Shown here in pieces: positions 61,749 to 64,000 of a DNA stretch of 64,000 nt. The stretch covers positions 82,212,001 to 82,276,000 of the forward strand of contig OX597816.1 in assembly GCA_951406725.2 (NCBI GenBank). Reading direction: 5' to 3'. Position numbers and translations under genes: made by a program. Positions within the stretch are counted from its first letter, which is position 1. The number at the start of each line of letters is the position of its first letter. Below the pieces are notes generated by a model. The model saw nothing but the letters and a program-made list of their open reading frames with translations, made no database searches and had not been told where the DNA came from. The DNA comes from Octopus vulgaris (Eukaryota).

Positions 61749-63673
61749 AGATCTACACCACTTCATCATAAGCAGCAACAAGCTATTTCATAAAGAGAAT
61801 GTGCTTAGCATGGGATTAATATTATTTATGATTGCAGGTAAAATGGAATTAGATATGTGCAGAAATACTAAGATTCTTTATTGAAAACAAACATATATAC
61901 CTTAGCAAAGAAATACTTTTAAACCAAATAGCATTAGAGGCTGTAGAAACACACATTAAGTTACAATATCAACTAGTGCACTATTTCAGAACAGTTGAAA
62001 ACAGTGACAGGTCCAGCCATTCTACTTTATTGAGTGGTTTTCTATTTTGGATGGTTAATGGTTCACTTGCACTCAAAAAATTAAATTGTTGGCTTGTCAG
62101 AAGCCCATGCTTCTCATCACCCAGAAAAGGATAAAACAATAGCAAAACGATTCTTGTTTATCTTCCATTACATTCATTTAGACATGCAGAACAATCCAAC
62201 ACTATACTTACTAATACAGAGCAATGGGAATAAAAACGTTTATAAAACATTTAGTAAGTTGAAGGTATTGCAATAGGTTTAAGAGAAATATTTCTTTATT
62301 AGTGTCAGGGATAATCATTGATGTATATGAAGGAGAGTAATGCAGTGCACCAAAGTGATAATATTTATTATTTGGAGTATGAAAAGTTAATTTTAAGTTT
62401 AATTTTGTAGTTTCTGAGTCTGTAACAGGAAAAAATACAATTCTAATTTAAAAAATGAAAAGGTGTATGTTATTGTGTAACAAAATGAAGAATTTATTAA
62501 TGTTTGAAGCAGCACCTTTATCAGACAAAGGAAGGTTTTAGTTGTACCTTGTCTTGTTTGATGAAGTGGCATGTCTAAAATGAGAATCTCTTTATTTCAT
62601 ACACCACTTAAATTTCTTATTTGTGACTCATTAGCATACTAATTCTGATGACATTCCTTATTTTGAACAATTGCTTGCTTACCTTACTAAAAATAATGGC
62701 AAAAATCTCTATCACACCCTACTGTCTCAAAAACAAAAGGACATATTTAATAATATAGTCTTACATTTGAGAAAAAAAAAGGTAGAATGCTTGTATTTCT
62801 AACACTGCTAACCATAGGGTTGATCAGTGTCAATAACTATATACGCAAATAAATCTCTTCTATGGTCCAACCCATGCTAGCATGGAGAACGGACGCTTAA
62901 TGATGATGATGATGATGGACAGGTGCACTTTCTATTAACAGTATTCTTATTAAGAACTATTTATAAAAATGGTATACTGTCATTAAAACATTTGGCATTT
63001 ATTTATAAAATCTGTCTTAGCACCCATAATATTCAGTCTATCAGCCAGTTTATTTACAATATAAATATTAGTATAAAGTAGATTATGATGCACAATGAAG
63101 TTTAACTTAACATTTCAGGAATAAGAGGGGCAAATCCACAAATTCGAAAAAGCAACATGTTTTAAATTGAAAGAATCTTTTTTTTTCTTTTTGTTCGTAA
63201 GAGCTCAATCAAATCAGAGTTCAGTGTGAATAGGGACTACAAAAGGAGAGTAGAAAAACTCCAGAGTATTAAAGACAACATAAAGCCAAAAATGATAAGC
63301 AACAATATTAATTTTGCAAGTCATACTGAAAAACACAGACAGGGTCTAGCAGTTCAAAAATCAATACAACGATACAGTGCAAAGATTGGAAACAGAAGAA
63401 TTTGATAATCTCAATTTGGTTTTCTTTGGAGGGGGATAAAAAATTAAAGCAATTCATTAAATTCAGCATGTCTTTAAAATATTGTTTCTTTTTTCACTCA
63501 AAACTGTTGCTGTTATCAGGGTTGTTTTTTTATTTTTATTATTATTATTATTATTATTATTGATCCACAAAGGTCCAGGCAGGAGAGAGTTTGTTGACGC
63601 TGGGGTAGACACACAATATGTGAAGCTATTCAATTCTCCTCCGGGTTAAGCACAAAAAGCTTGAACATCTTAC

Positions 63674-63724
63674 CTCTTTTATGCTACACCTTTTAGGCCA
63701 GAATTTTAATAAAATTTTCACAAC
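63674..63724 (-). CDS. PPP2R5: PP2A B56 regulatory subunit, alternative 51-nt exon copy 2 (VVKILLKFWPKRCSIKE)
   Basis: Minus strand reads tttctttttctttcag|GTTGTGAAAATTTTATTAAAATTCTGGCCTAAAAGGTGTAGCATAAAAGAG|gtaaga. Same length and phase as 63783-63833, open frame, strong splice sites. Confidence 0.8.
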
Positions 63725-63782
63725 CTGAAAGAAAAAGAAATTGATTTTTCTTTTTAGCAAATGAAATCATTGAAAACCTTAC

Positions 63783-63833
63783 CTCCTTTTGACTACATTG
63801 CTTAGGCCAGAATTTTAATAGTCCTTTCACAGC
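63783..63833 (-). CDS. PPP2R5: PP2A B56 (B') regulatory subunit, alternative 51-nt exon copy 1 (AVKGLLKFWPKQCSQKE)
   Basis: Minus strand reads ttctttttcag|GCTGTGAAAGGACTATTAAAATTCTGGCCTAAGCAATGTAGTCAAAAGGAG|gtaagg. Phase 0/0. Matches the conserved B56 alpha/epsilon segment VIRGLLKFWPKTCSQKE that precedes [12 protein letters not shown]. Confidence 0.9.
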
Positions 63834-64000
63834 CTGAAAAAGAATAGCAAATTGAACTGCTTATTAGATTCGGTTAAAAGCTACTATTTCTGCAATTATA
63901 ATTGATGTATAAATGTTCAATTAAAAGGCATTTGTTTTTAAATACACACACATACACAGAAATCAATTTGAATTTTAGACAATATTTGCAATATCAATAC

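Overview
This is AT-rich, microsatellite-laden animal genomic DNA. The SINE, RTE and MITE families present look like an octopus/coleoid cephalopod genome; that is inferred from repeat recognition, not proven. The only host gene I can support is the 3' half of a PP2A B56/B' regulatory subunit gene (alpha/epsilon, widerborst-like) on the minus strand. Its coding exons are 63783-63833 and/or 63674-63724, 56874-56993, 54692-54921 and 45408-45507, followed by a probable ~3.2 kb repeat-free 3' UTR. The two 51-nt exons are paralogous, in the same phase and only 58 nt apart, so they look like a mutually exclusive exon pair. The rest is transposon-derived: an intact-ORF RTE LINE with a PHD-type Cys/His insertion in its RT (28811-32945); a young 5'-truncated Penelope-like element with a ~1.06 kb near-perfect inverted duplication carrying an atypical hammerhead-like motif (15243-18539); many RTE 3' fragments; three tRNA-type SINE families; R4/Dong LINE relics; mariner/maT relics; and piggyBac-, pogo- and hAT-type MITEs. 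Most short ORFs in the track are microsatellite artefacts.
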